A DNA stretch of 64,000 nt from positions 35,860-99,859 of the forward strand of contig WRBQ01000002.1 of NCBI GenBank assembly GCA_009784445.1. The letters are read 5' to 3'. Both the position numbers and the translations under genes were made by a program. The notes under the pieces are model-generated. The model did no database searches and was not told the DNA's origin. It saw only the letters and a list, made by a program, of their open reading frames with translations. The stretch's first letter is position 1; each line of letters starts with the position of its first letter. The DNA comes from Oscillospiraceae bacterium (GTDB lineage Bacteria > Bacillota > Clostridia > Oscillospirales > Acutalibacteraceae). Positions 28,246 through 36,976 of this stretch are shown piece by piece.

Positions 28246-29679
28246 TTAATCATCCAGCGCAGCAAAGCGCACCGTGGCCGGGTTGTCGCTCATTTGGCTG
28301 CGGTGTAGATAGGCGTCCAGCAAGGCGTTCCAAGTGATGATACCGGTGTCGCCGCTCAGGGGCAGTTGGGCGTAATACTGGAACGCGCGTATGGCTTCGG
28401 CGGTGCGCACACCATAGTTGCCATCCACCGCAACGGTGTCCATGGCGGGCACGTAGGGCGCCACGGCGTTGATGAGCTGCTGCAACTCGCGCACTTTGGC
28501 GCCGCTGTCGCCCTGTGAAAACGCGCGGCCGGGATAAATTCCACGGCGCTGGGCGGCAGGCAGACGATTGTAATGCGCCGGATATTGATTCACCATGGCG
28601 TTGTAGGTTTGGCGGCCCACAATGCCGTCAACCGTTAGGCCAAATTGCTGCTGAAATGCCCGCACTGCGCCGTCGGTAATTGGACCGAAAATGCCATCAG
28701 CGTTCAGATTGGGGATGGCAGGATAAAACTTGCTGTAAAATTGCAGGTAAAGCTGCACGGCGCGCACGTCAAAGCCGCGGTCCCCAAAGCGCAGCAGCGG
28801 TTGGTACATCATTTGGATTTCTTCGGCGGTGAGCCCCTCGCTGTTCAGTTCGTTTAGCCGCTTAACGCCATTGAAGATTTGCCGAATGCGATTCCAAGTC
28901 AGCGGGCCCACAATGCCGTCTTGTGCCAGATTAAAGGTGCGCTGGAACACACGCACGGCTTGCTCGGTGCGTGCGTCAAAAATGCCAGTATTCACCACAG
29001 GTCTTGGAATAGCCGGGAAATTGCGCGAGATGCGTGCGAGCATCATTTGGATGGTGCGCACACTTTCGCCGCTGCTGCCGCGCCGCAGCAACCGCCCGGG
29101 ATAACTGGGCAGCACGCGGCCTTGCGGTGCATTGTAGACAATTTCGATGTTGTTGCCGTAGTAGTATTGCAAAATGCGCATGTAGCTAAAGCCTTGGCGG
29201 GCAAGGTCAAAGCTGCCCCACTGGCTCATGCCGCGGCAGGTAACGCTGCGGCCGGAGCAATACTGCGCGAACATGGGTTCCACGTGCCCGCGCCGGCGAA
29301 TGTAATCGTTGAAGTGTTCGTCCACCAAGCGACTGATGCTATCGAAAATCACTCGTCCGTGGATGTACGCTTGGTCGAACTGGGTGGAGTTGGTGATGTC
29401 GAACGGCAAGTTTTGCGCACGATAAAACTCAGTGTACACGCGGTTGAGTGCAAAGCTAACAATGGCCAAAATATTGGCACGCAGTGCCTGCTCTGGCCAG
29501 GTGGGATGTGCGTAAAGACGATTGGTGGACAAGCAGCGTTGTGCAAAACACTTAAGCCACTTATAATCAGGATAATACGAGTAACAACTAAATAGCATAA
29601 TTACATGCCCCTGTGTGTTTTCCCACGTACCAACACAGAGGGGCTTGATTTTATGGAAAGGAAGGTCAAACCCATGCAA
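28246..29679 (-). CDS. SleC-like peptidoglycan-binding protein (putative spore cortex-lytic enzyme family)
   Basis: HPTWPEQALRANILAIVSFALNRVYTEFYR ... FDITNSTQFDQ ... QYCSGRSVTCRGMSQWGS ... ILQYYYG is followed by three PG_binding_1-like repeats (G.SG..V..IQ..L). The TTG start at 29679 is uncertain. Confidence 0.72.
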   Translation of the reverse strand: MHGFDLPFHKIKPLCVGTWENTQGHVIMLFSCYSYYPDYKWLKCFAQRCLSTNRLYAHPTWPEQALRANILAIVSFALNRVYTEFYRAQNLPFDITNSTQFDQAYIHGRVIFDSISRLVDEHFNDYIRRRGHVEPMFAQYCSGRSVTCRGMSQWGSFDLARQGFSYMRILQYYYGNNIEIVYNAPQGRVLPSYPGRLLRRGSSGESVRTIQMMLARISRNFPAIPRPVVNTGIFDARTEQAVRVFQRTFNLAQDGIVGPLTWNRIRQIFNGVKRLNELNSEGLTAEEIQMMYQPLLRFGDRGFDVRAVQLYLQFYSKFYPAIPNLNADGIFGPITDGAVRAFQQQFGLTVDGIVGRQTYNAMVNQYPAHYNRLPAAQRRGIYPGRAFSQGDSGAKVRELQQLINAVAPYVPAMDTVAVDGNYGVRTAEAIRAFQYYAQLPLSGDTGIITWNALLDAYLHRSQMSDNPATVRFAALDD

Positions 29680-29806
29680 TTTTTAGAAACCCTTTCAGCA
29701 ATCATTGAGCAACTTCCCTATGCGTTGGAGCTTGTCCGTGAATTGCTGAACCTGTTCATCGCACTGTAGCCCAGTACCCTCAAAATCTAATGGAAAGGAA
29801 AAACGA

Positions 29807-30634
29807 ATGACCAAAAGCAAAATCATAGCCATCTCGCATGAAAAAGGCGGGACAGCGAAAACAACGACTACCGTGAGCCTTGGTATCGGCCTAGCGCGAC
29901 AAGGCAAGCGTGTGCTTCTGGTGGATGCCGACCCGCAAGGCGACTTGACGAAATGTCTTGGCATATCAGACCCCACTGCATTATCAAACACTCTTGCCAC
30001 AGCACTGAACAATACCATTGCCGAAGTGGAATTTGACCCGCGCAGCGTTATCCTGCGACACGTTGAGGGTGTGGATTTCATTCCCGCCAATGCGCAGTTG
30101 GCTGCCACGGAAGTCACGCTCACAACCATGCCACATGACCGCGAATATGTCATGCAGGAATTTTTGGCGAAAGTCAAAGGTGAGTACGATTATGTGCTCA
30201 TTGACTGTCGTCCATCGCTGGGGCTGACGGTAGTCAACGCATTGACCGCCGCAAACAGCGTAATCATCCCCGTGCAGGCACACACCTTGGCTGCCGAGGA
30301 CATGGACGGTCTATTCAAAACGGTGGGGCGCATCAAACAACGCGCCAATCCTGCGCTGAAAATCGACGGCATTGTGATGACGATGGTTGACCATCGCACG
30401 AATTTAGCACGCAGTACGATTCGGCAAGTTCGCGAGAAATATGGCAGCGTGGTGCGTGTGTTCGGCGCAGAAATCCCCTATGCCGTGCGTGCCGCTGAAG
30501 TGCCCAGTAAGGGCAAAAGTATCTTTGCGTATGACCCTGGCGGCAAAGTATCGCAAGCCTACGAACGCTTGACAAAGGAGGTGATTTCACTTGGCGAACG
30601 AAGCAAAACCCGCAAAAATTCAGACGCTAGATGA
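29807..30634 (+). CDS. parA: ParA-family partition ATPase
   Basis: It has the deviant Walker A motif SHEKGGTAKTTTT and VLLVDADPQGD. Confidence 0.9.
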   Translation: MTKSKIIAISHEKGGTAKTTTTVSLGIGLARQGKRVLLVDADPQGDLTKCLGISDPTALSNTLATALNNTIAEVEFDPRSVILRHVEGVDFIPANAQLAATEVTLTTMPHDREYVMQEFLAKVKGEYDYVLIDCRPSLGLTVVNALTAANSVIIPVQAHTLAAEDMDGLFKTVGRIKQRANPALKIDGIVMTMVDHRTNLARSTIRQVREKYGSVVRVFGAEIPYAVRAAEVPSKGKSIFAYDPGGKVSQAYERLTKEVISLGERSKTRKNSDAR

Positions 30635-31514
30635 CCTGTTTGGCATACCGACTGCGCCTGTTGGTGATGCACAAGTTATTACACTGGCACCCGGCGAAAT
30701 CGACAGCTTCCCTGACCACCCATTCCAAGTGCGTGACGACGATGCCATGCATGCTATGGTCGAAAGTGTGAAAGCCAACGGTGTGCTTACCCCTGCGATT
30801 GTGCGGCAAAAGGAAGATGGGCGATATGAACTGGTGAGCGGCCACCGCCGCAAACGTGCCTGTGAACTTGCGGGCGTTGACCTGCCTGTTATCGTGCGCA
30901 ACATGACCCGCGATGAAGCGGTCATTTTCATGGTGGAAAGCAACTTCCAGCGCGAAATTATTCTGCCCAGCGAAAAAGCATTTGCCTACAAAATGCGGCT
31001 GGATGCGATGAAACGGCAACAAGGTGAGCGCACAGACCTAACTTCTGCACCAGTGGTGCAGAAGTCATCGCGAGAGCTACTCGCAGAAAAAACAAATGAC
31101 AGCCATGAGCAAGTGCGCCGCTATATCCGCCTAACGTTCCTCATCCCCCCGCTGCTCCAGCTGGTTGACGATGGCAAAATCGCCTTTCGTCCTGCGGTGG
31201 AATTATCTTACCTGCGGGAAGAAGAACAGGCCGCGTTGCTGGAAACCATCGAAGCCGAGGCCGCCACACCATCGCTGGCACAGGCCATCAAGATGAAGCA
31301 ATTCTCGCAAGATGGCAAACTCTCGCCGGAGGTTATCCAGTCTGTTATGATGGAGGAAAAGCCCAATCAAAAGGAGCAATTCAAGATGCCGAAAGAGCGC
31401 ATTGCGAAGTATTTTCCGGCGGGCACACCCGCGAAAACAATGGAGGATGCCATCGTGAAAGGGCTTGAGTTGTTGCAAAGAAAGCGTGAGCGGCAGCGGG
31501 ATGGTGCACGATGA
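30591..31514 (+). CDS. parB: ParB/Spo0J-like nuclease domain partition protein
   Basis: TTG start follows AAGGAGGTG. HPFQVRDD ... LVSGHRRKRACELAG is the ParB box. The gene overlaps the parA end by 44 nt out of frame. Confidence 0.88.
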   Translation: MANEAKPAKIQTLDDLFGIPTAPVGDAQVITLAPGEIDSFPDHPFQVRDDDAMHAMVESVKANGVLTPAIVRQKEDGRYELVSGHRRKRACELAGVDLPVIVRNMTRDEAVIFMVESNFQREIILPSEKAFAYKMRLDAMKRQQGERTDLTSAPVVQKSSRELLAEKTNDSHEQVRRYIRLTFLIPPLLQLVDDGKIAFRPAVELSYLREEEQAALLETIEAEAATPSLAQAIKMKQFSQDGKLSPEVIQSVMMEEKPNQKEQFKMPKERIAKYFPAGTPAKTMEDAIVKGLELLQRKRERQRDGAR

Positions 31515-32077
31515 GTGTACGAAAAAAGCTGCTGCTCGGCGGTGCTGCGATTCTGGGGGTTATTTTGTTCATGATTTTCATTGTGCCGCGAGATAGGGAT
31601 ATACCTGTGGACGATGAAACGACCGTGACCGAAGTGACTGAAAGCACAACGCAGGCTGAGGAAACCACTAGCACAGGATACACGGATGATTGGCCTGATG
31701 TTGAGTGGATTACCGAACCTGATGCCACAGTGCCTGTCACAACATCGCCACCATCGACACAACGTCCACCGCAGGCAACCGCCCAGCCTCCCGCGACAAC
31801 CACTAGACCTCCGTCACCTGCGACTACCACAACAAGACCCACCACGTCAACAACCCGCCCGCCAACCACCACCCAACCTGCCAATTTGCTAGCCTTTGCG
31901 GTGGATTACGGTCGGTCAATCGGGCTAACATTCCGCCCGCAATTGACCAGCGGTGGCGTAGCAGTCGGTGCATCGCAGGCGCAGGTTCGGGCGCGGCTGG
32001 ATTCGGCGCGAGCAGCTGGGCACTCCCAGTTTAATGTATGGCAGGTCGGCAATAGCATCTTCATCGCAACCCAATAA
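31511..32077 (+). CDS. Membrane-anchored protein with a Thr/Pro-rich linker
   Basis: ATGA overlap with the parB stop. An N-terminal TM helix is followed by the linker PPSTQRPPQATAQPPATTTRPPSPATTTTRPTTSTTRPPTTTQP. Confidence 0.65.
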   Translation: MSVRKKLLLGGAAILGVILFMIFIVPRDRDIPVDDETTVTEVTESTTQAEETTSTGYTDDWPDVEWITEPDATVPVTTSPPSTQRPPQATAQPPATTTRPPSPATTTTRPTTSTTRPPTTTQPANLLAFAVDYGRSIGLTFRPQLTSGGVAVGASQAQVRARLDSARAAGHSQFNVWQVGNSIFIATQ

Positions 32078-32109
32078 CAAAAAACAATAGAATAATAGGA
32101 GAAAAACAT

Positions 32110-35073
32110 ATGTCAAAAAAACTTACCCGTGCGGCAGCAATTTTGCTGTCGCTTTTTTTATTGCTCGGCACATTCGCCATTGTCGGCCACGCCACTGGCG
32201 AGGTGGTCGTCTCCATGATAGCCTTCCCCCGCGGCGGCGGCACGGACTTGTGGAGTCGCCCTGCACTTACGCTGATGAACGGCTGGACAGCTGATTCAGC
32301 CACGAATTTTCATGCGCTGGGCGCATCAAATCATGGAATGCAAATCGTGTATTGCGTGCAACCCGGCGTGCCGCTGCGCACCGGCGACCGCAACCCGCAC
32401 ATCACACCCGAAGAATTGTTCGGGAATTTCGACAACGGTGTGCTGAACGCTGAACAAGTGCAAATATTGCTTGGCAGGCTGTTTCAGCATGGTTTTGGCG
32501 GCACGGTGAGCACGGAAATGACTTATGCGCAAATCACGAACGTGATTGCCACACAGGTGCTTGTGTGGGAAATCATCGTAGGTGAGCGCAATGCGGATTT
32601 CAGCTGGAACGCACCGCCTGCGGGCACGAATCGCTCCCTCGAAATGGTGCGGCCCAATCATCCGCAGCGGGCGCTTATCATGCAGCACTATGATAGAATT
32701 GTCGCTGCCGTGCAAGGGCACAGCACGATTCCCAGCTTTATGCGGGGTTCGCTAGTTGGTGCAGTGACGCACGAACTGACATGGAATGGCACGAACTTTT
32801 CGACCACACTCACAGACATCAATGGTGTATTGGCCAACTTCAATTTCACCAGTGCCACGCCGGGTGTGACGTTCAATCGTGTTGGCAATAACCTTACCAT
32901 CAGCATGCAGGCTGCGCCAACTGGTGTTGTGGACATCACCGCCACCCGAACAGGCAGTCGTGCAGGGCTGGTGTTTTGGAGCAACAATCCGATACACATC
33001 ATCAGCAATATCCAATCCATCGTTACCATCACTACCGCAGTGCCCGATAATATCACGGCCTTTGCGCGCGTGAATGCAAGCACCGGCAGCATACGCATTG
33101 AGAAAACTGTGCAGGGCGGTGGATCTGCTGCTGGCTTTGAGTTCGAGGTGCGCAATGCTGCTGGTGAACTTGTTGGCACATTTACGAGTGGCGCAAACGG
33201 CCAAGTGACCATCCCGAATCTGCCCGCAGGTCAATACACGGTGCGGGAAATTAACATCCCCGTAGGCTATGAGGTCGTGGGCGAAAATCCGCTGACCATC
33301 ACAGTTTCGCCCAACCAAACCGCCGTGGCACGTTTCACCAATCGCCGCATGGAGGGTCAAATTCGGATTGAAAAGTCCGTGCAAGGCGGCGGCTCCGCTG
33401 CTGGTTTTGAATTCGAGGTGCGCAATGCTGCGGGTGAACTTGTTGGCACGTTTACGAGCGGCGCAAATGGTCAAGTGACCATCCCGAATCTGCCAGCTGG
33501 TCAATACACCGTGCGGGAAATCAACATCCCCGCAGGTTACGAAGTGATTGGCGAGAACCCGTTGACCATCACCGTTTCACCCAACCAAACCGCAGTGGCT
33601 CGTTTCACCAATCGGCGCATGGAGGGGCAAATTCGGATTGAGAAATACAACGTCAACCCCGCGATGGGTACACCCTCTTTGGCAGGTGCGGTCTTTGAGA
33701 TAAGAACTGCGGCTGGCGAATTGGTCGAAACCATCACCACCAATGCGCAGGGCATCGCAACCAGCGGCAGCTTGCCTTGGGGTGAGTATGTTGTCGTGGA
33801 AGTGCAAGCCCCCGCTGGCTTCGTGCTTGACCCCACCCCGCGCACGGTGACACTCAACGCAACAAATCTTGCTGTACAACTGCGCGTGCCCAACACTCCG
33901 CAGACCGGGCGCATTTCTGTGCAAAAACAAGGCAATGTACTCGTTGGCGCACAACAGATTGAAACCATCTTTGGCACGCAATATCTGCCTATCTTTGAGC
34001 CGCGTGGCCTGCCCGGTGCGGTGTTTGAAGTAAGAAACGCAGCTGGTGAGGTGGTGGATACCATCACCACAAATGCACAGGGCGTTGCCACTTCTCGCGA
34101 ACTTCCGCTGGATGAATACACCCTCGTTGAGGTGCAGGCACCCACTGGTTTTGTGTTAGATAATACCCCGCACCCTGTTTCGCTGACCTTTACTGGACAA
34201 GATGTGACCGTCACAACCAGTGAAATCACGATTCGCAATGCCCGCCAACGCATTGAAATCGAGCTGACCAAACGCATGGAGGGTCACGATATCTTTGACC
34301 GTTTTGAGGATGTTATCTTCGGTCTGTTTGCTGCGGAGGATATTTATGCCGAGGATGGCACGCTCTTGCTCACCGCTGGCAGCATGGTCATTATGGAAGA
34401 TTCTTTGGTGGCGATGGCTTCGGTTGATGCTGATGGCATTGGTCGTTTTGCGGGTGAGCTTCCCTTTGCGAGGTATTTTGTGCAGGAGCTGCAAACCGCT
34501 GAGGGTTTTGTTTTGGACGACACCCGCCACTATGTGGATGCACGTTGGGCTGGGCAGGATTATGCTGTCACACGCGTGCTGGTTAACGATGGTGAGGAGA
34601 TTATCAACGAACGCATTCGCGGGAGCCTGCGCGTTGAAAAACGCTGTGAAGACACAAATGAGCTGCTTGCTGGTGCGAAATTTGGTCTTTACCAAGATGA
34701 TGAGCGGATTGCCTATGCCATCACCAATGAAGATGGTTATGTAATCTTCGAGGACTTGCTGTTTGGTGAATTTCAAGTGCGTGAAATCGAAGCGCCCGAT
34801 GGTTTTGTGCGCAACGAAGAAGTGTTCACTGTGTTGATCCGTGAGCATGGCACAGAAATTGTGCTGGTGGTGTACAATGAGCCAGCTGAACCGCCCGCCA
34901 CCCCTGTGCCCGGCCCCGAGCCAATTGACCCGCCTGAGGATTTCCCCAAGACTGGCGACAGTAATATTTGGATGTTGACTGCGCTGATTGTATTCATCAC
35001 CGCAGGTGGCGTGTTGCTGTGGATGCGCAAACGCACCAAGGACGAAGCCAAACTAAACGAACAAGACGAATAA
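32110..35073 (+). CDS. Cell-wall-anchored adhesin: N-terminal thioester-like domain, multiple Cna-B/SpaA-type repeats, sortase signal FPKTG
   Basis: It has a signal peptide, then VYCVQPG and ATQVLVWE resembling the Cys and TQxA(I/V)W Gln motifs of thioester domains. Repeated GxIRIEK...G..F.v....G..v...tT...G......LP.G.Y...E...P.GY units follow. The C-terminus is FPKTGD plus a hydrophobic helix plus RKRTKDE. Confidence 0.88.
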   Translation: MSKKLTRAAAILLSLFLLLGTFAIVGHATGEVVVSMIAFPRGGGTDLWSRPALTLMNGWTADSATNFHALGASNHGMQIVYCVQPGVPLRTGDRNPHITPEELFGNFDNGVLNAEQVQILLGRLFQHGFGGTVSTEMTYAQITNVIATQVLVWEIIVGERNADFSWNAPPAGTNRSLEMVRPNHPQRALIMQHYDRIVAAVQGHSTIPSFMRGSLVGAVTHELTWNGTNFSTTLTDINGVLANFNFTSATPGVTFNRVGNNLTISMQAAPTGVVDITATRTGSRAGLVFWSNNPIHIISNIQSIVTITTAVPDNITAFARVNASTGSIRIEKTVQGGGSAAGFEFEVRNAAGELVGTFTSGANGQVTIPNLPAGQYTVREINIPVGYEVVGENPLTITVSPNQTAVARFTNRRMEGQIRIEKSVQGGGSAAGFEFEVRNAAGELVGTFTSGANGQVTIPNLPAGQYTVREINIPAGYEVIGENPLTITVSPNQTAVARFTNRRMEGQIRIEKYNVNPAMGTPSLAGAVFEIRTAAGELVETITTNAQGIATSGSLPWGEYVVVEVQAPAGFVLDPTPRTVTLNATNLAVQLRVPNTPQTGRISVQKQGNVLVGAQQIETIFGTQYLPIFEPRGLPGAVFEVRNAAGEVVDTITTNAQGVATSRELPLDEYTLVEVQAPTGFVLDNTPHPVSLTFTGQDVTVTTSEITIRNARQRIEIELTKRMEGHDIFDRFEDVIFGLFAAEDIYAEDGTLLLTAGSMVIMEDSLVAMASVDADGIGRFAGELPFARYFVQELQTAEGFVLDDTRHYVDARWAGQDYAVTRVLVNDGEEIINERIRGSLRVEKRCEDTNELLAGAKFGLYQDDERIAYAITNEDGYVIFEDLLFGEFQVREIEAPDGFVRNEEVFTVLIREHGTEIVLVVYNEPAEPPATPVPGPEPIDPPEDFPKTGDSNIWMLTALIVFITAGGVLLWMRKRTKDEAKLNEQDE
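33085..33624 (+). repeat. Two tandem 270-bp units encoding nearly identical Cna-B-like domains
   Basis: Units 33085-33354 and 33355-33624 encode about 90 aa each and differ at only a few residues. The DNA differs at many synonymous third positions. Confidence 0.85.
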
Positions 35074-35142
35074 ACTCTAACTCAGCGGGGAGTTGCTTTG
35101 CGGCAGCTCTCCGCATCACTTTCTCAATAGGAGGAGAAAACA

Positions 35143-35424
35143 TTGAACAAACTGGAACCCTATCGTCCCTGCGGGCAGCTGGCAGTGAATACCACGGCAA
35201 AGCTCATTTATCTTGCCCTGCGTGATGCAATCGCCTATGGGAATTATGTGATTATCCCACAGCGGAAACTTGCTGAAACCCTCGGTATTTCCCGCAGGGC
35301 TGTGAGTGCCAACCTGCAGCGGCTCGAACAAGCCGGGGCGATTAGCATTGAGCCTATATACAACCAATACGGTAGCAGATTGCCGAACAAATATAGATTG
35401 CGAGGGCTGGAAGATGGAGCATGA
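35143..35424 (+). CDS. Small winged-helix DNA-binding protein
   Basis: TTG start follows AGGAGGA. PQRKLAETLGISRRAVSANLQRLEQAGAI is an HTH pattern. Confidence 0.65.
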   Translation: MNKLEPYRPCGQLAVNTTAKLIYLALRDAIAYGNYVIIPQRKLAETLGISRRAVSANLQRLEQAGAISIEPIYNQYGSRLPNKYRLRGLEDGA

Positions 35425-36016
35425 ATCACGCATGTTTGGTGAGTTGGAAGTCGTGCATGCCATCCATATCGGCGATAAAGAAGTGTTGTTTTTGCTGGAT
35501 AAGCAAAACACAGAACGGCCGTATATCGTTAGCTATAATCAATTGATGTTCGGCCTAGATTATCCCACGGAAACTGTGGGCAGCGCGGACTATTTGGAGA
35601 TGATGGAGGAGTTTCTTCAACGAGTACAGGGTCAGATTGACCAAGTGCGAGAAGACCGCGCACGCTCATGTGAGCCGCAGGAAGTATTCACACAAGCGCA
35701 ATGCCTGCCGCCAAGCAAGCACGAAGAGCGATTTATTGACCGTGTTGTGGTGATTAACGCCGAGCGTTTGCGTCCCGAATATGGCAATATAGCGAATCAA
35801 GTGGTATATATCACTGGTGGTTTTGGTGCTGAACCAAGCTCACGCGGCGGCAAAGTTTACGGACATAACGTGTTTTCCGGCGAGCAAGTCGTGTGGCGCA
35901 GAGAGCATGTACTAGGCATCCTCGCCCCTGCCCATGCGCCCGATTGGGTGAAACCCGGCGTGGATGCGATACGAGCGCAGCAGAAATCCAAAGGAGGAAA
36001 AGAGCATGGCAGATAA
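35414..36016 (+). CDS. Hypothetical ICE protein
   Basis: ATG 35414 overlaps the upstream stop. The product is protein-like with host-like codon bias, and no family was recognised. Confidence 0.6.
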   Translation: MEHESRMFGELEVVHAIHIGDKEVLFLLDKQNTERPYIVSYNQLMFGLDYPTETVGSADYLEMMEEFLQRVQGQIDQVREDRARSCEPQEVFTQAQCLPPSKHEERFIDRVVVINAERLRPEYGNIANQVVYITGGFGAEPSSRGGKVYGHNVFSGEQVVWRREHVLGILAPAHAPDWVKPGVDAIRAQQKSKGGKEHGR

Positions 36017-36494
36017 CCAAATCCGCTTCATTGATCTGGATTACAACACTTTGTTTTCCATCCCGGATGGTGGCAATATTGTCATCACACGTCCGGGCGG
36101 TGAACAGCAGGTGCGAACCTGTCAGTTTATTGATGAAACACACATGCGTGTGGGCAATTACGATTATTATATCTGCGAATTTGCCGAGCGAATGCAGCAA
36201 TTGGGTGCAACATATGCGCCCGAAATTGAGCCGGAAATCATCGCAGGCTACCATATCATTGACCGCTGTCCCGCAGGCGATGTCGTGATTAAACTCGGCC
36301 ATAACCCCCGCGCTGTGCAGCCATGGGTCACATGGCAGGGTTATCCCAATAAGCCCGGCGATGTGGACTTAGGGCACTATTATACCAACCGCCGCGACGC
36401 TGAAACCGACTTGCGGCTGCGCACACAAGCAAAGCTAACCGGCAAACCCTACGAGCCATATGCGCCAAAACCACAGAAACGAGGTGCAAGATGA
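36006..36494 (+). CDS. Hypothetical ICE protein
   Basis: AAAGGAGG lies before ATG 36006. No family was recognised. Confidence 0.6.
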   Translation: MADNQIRFIDLDYNTLFSIPDGGNIVITRPGGEQQVRTCQFIDETHMRVGNYDYYICEFAERMQQLGATYAPEIEPEIIAGYHIIDRCPAGDVVIKLGHNPRAVQPWVTWQGYPNKPGDVDLGHYYTNRRDAETDLRLRTQAKLTGKPYEPYAPKPQKRGAR

Positions 36495-36973
36495 ACCTTT
36501 GGAATCCCCACCATCCCATCGCGGAGCTTGGCGTAAACGACATGCTCAGACACCACCTGCGCATCGACGGTATCCTCACCATTGGTCAGCTTGACGATTG
36601 TGTGAAAGATAAGTTGTCCGTGCTGGGCTATGACAAAAAGCAAGTATCGCAAGCGCGCACTGCATTGAACAAACATAAGGACTTTGTGCAAACCATTGAA
36701 GCTGCTTTTGCGGGTCAAGGACTGACCGCCAAGCAAGCCAAACAGATGTGGCCATTCGATTTGCTCACCCTGCCGCTAACCACTGCGCAGTTGGGATATA
36801 TCCTGCGCTGGCAGCGGGACGTGGCCAAACGCTACGGCGAAAAAGAGATGTTCTGCATCACCGATGGGCAGATATTCTACTGCACCAATTGCCCGTACCG
36901 CGATGAACGCAGCAACTTTTGTGGCTGGTGCATGCGCAAGTTATTGCAGGATAGGAAAGCAAAGGAGGCATAA
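36491..36973 (+). CDS. Hypothetical ICE protein with a C-terminal Cys cluster
   Basis: ATGA overlap with the upstream stop. The C-terminal CTNCPYRDERSNFCGWC suggests a zinc ribbon. Confidence 0.6.
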   Translation: MNLWNPHHPIAELGVNDMLRHHLRIDGILTIGQLDDCVKDKLSVLGYDKKQVSQARTALNKHKDFVQTIEAAFAGQGLTAKQAKQMWPFDLLTLPLTTAQLGYILRWQRDVAKRYGEKEMFCITDGQIFYCTNCPYRDERSNFCGWCMRKLLQDRKAKEA

Positions 36974-36976
36974 TCT

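Noticed and set aside
29690-29707. Possible att-like direct repeat CCTTTCnGCAAT at 29690-29707 and 61163-61180
   Set aside because: It is only an 11-of-12 match. That is easily expected by chance between two ~100-400-bp AT-rich intervals and is not enough to define element ends.
29674-29769. A 31-aa plus-strand ORF (MQFLETLSAIIEQLPYALELVRELLNLFIAL) at the left edge of the conjugative element
   Set aside because: It is too short, has only a weak RBS and overlaps the start of the sleC-like gene. It could be a remnant of a disrupted gene or a small ICE protein, but nothing in the sequence supports calling it.
29695-30177. A 160-aa minus-strand ORF overlapping parA
   Set aside because: It is antisense to a clear ParA gene and has a non-protein-like composition.
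31381-31884. A 167-aa minus-strand ORF rich in V/G (MAGWVVVGGRVVDVVGLVVVVAGDGG...)
   Set aside because: It is the antisense shadow of the Thr/Pro-rich linker of the 31511-32077 gene.
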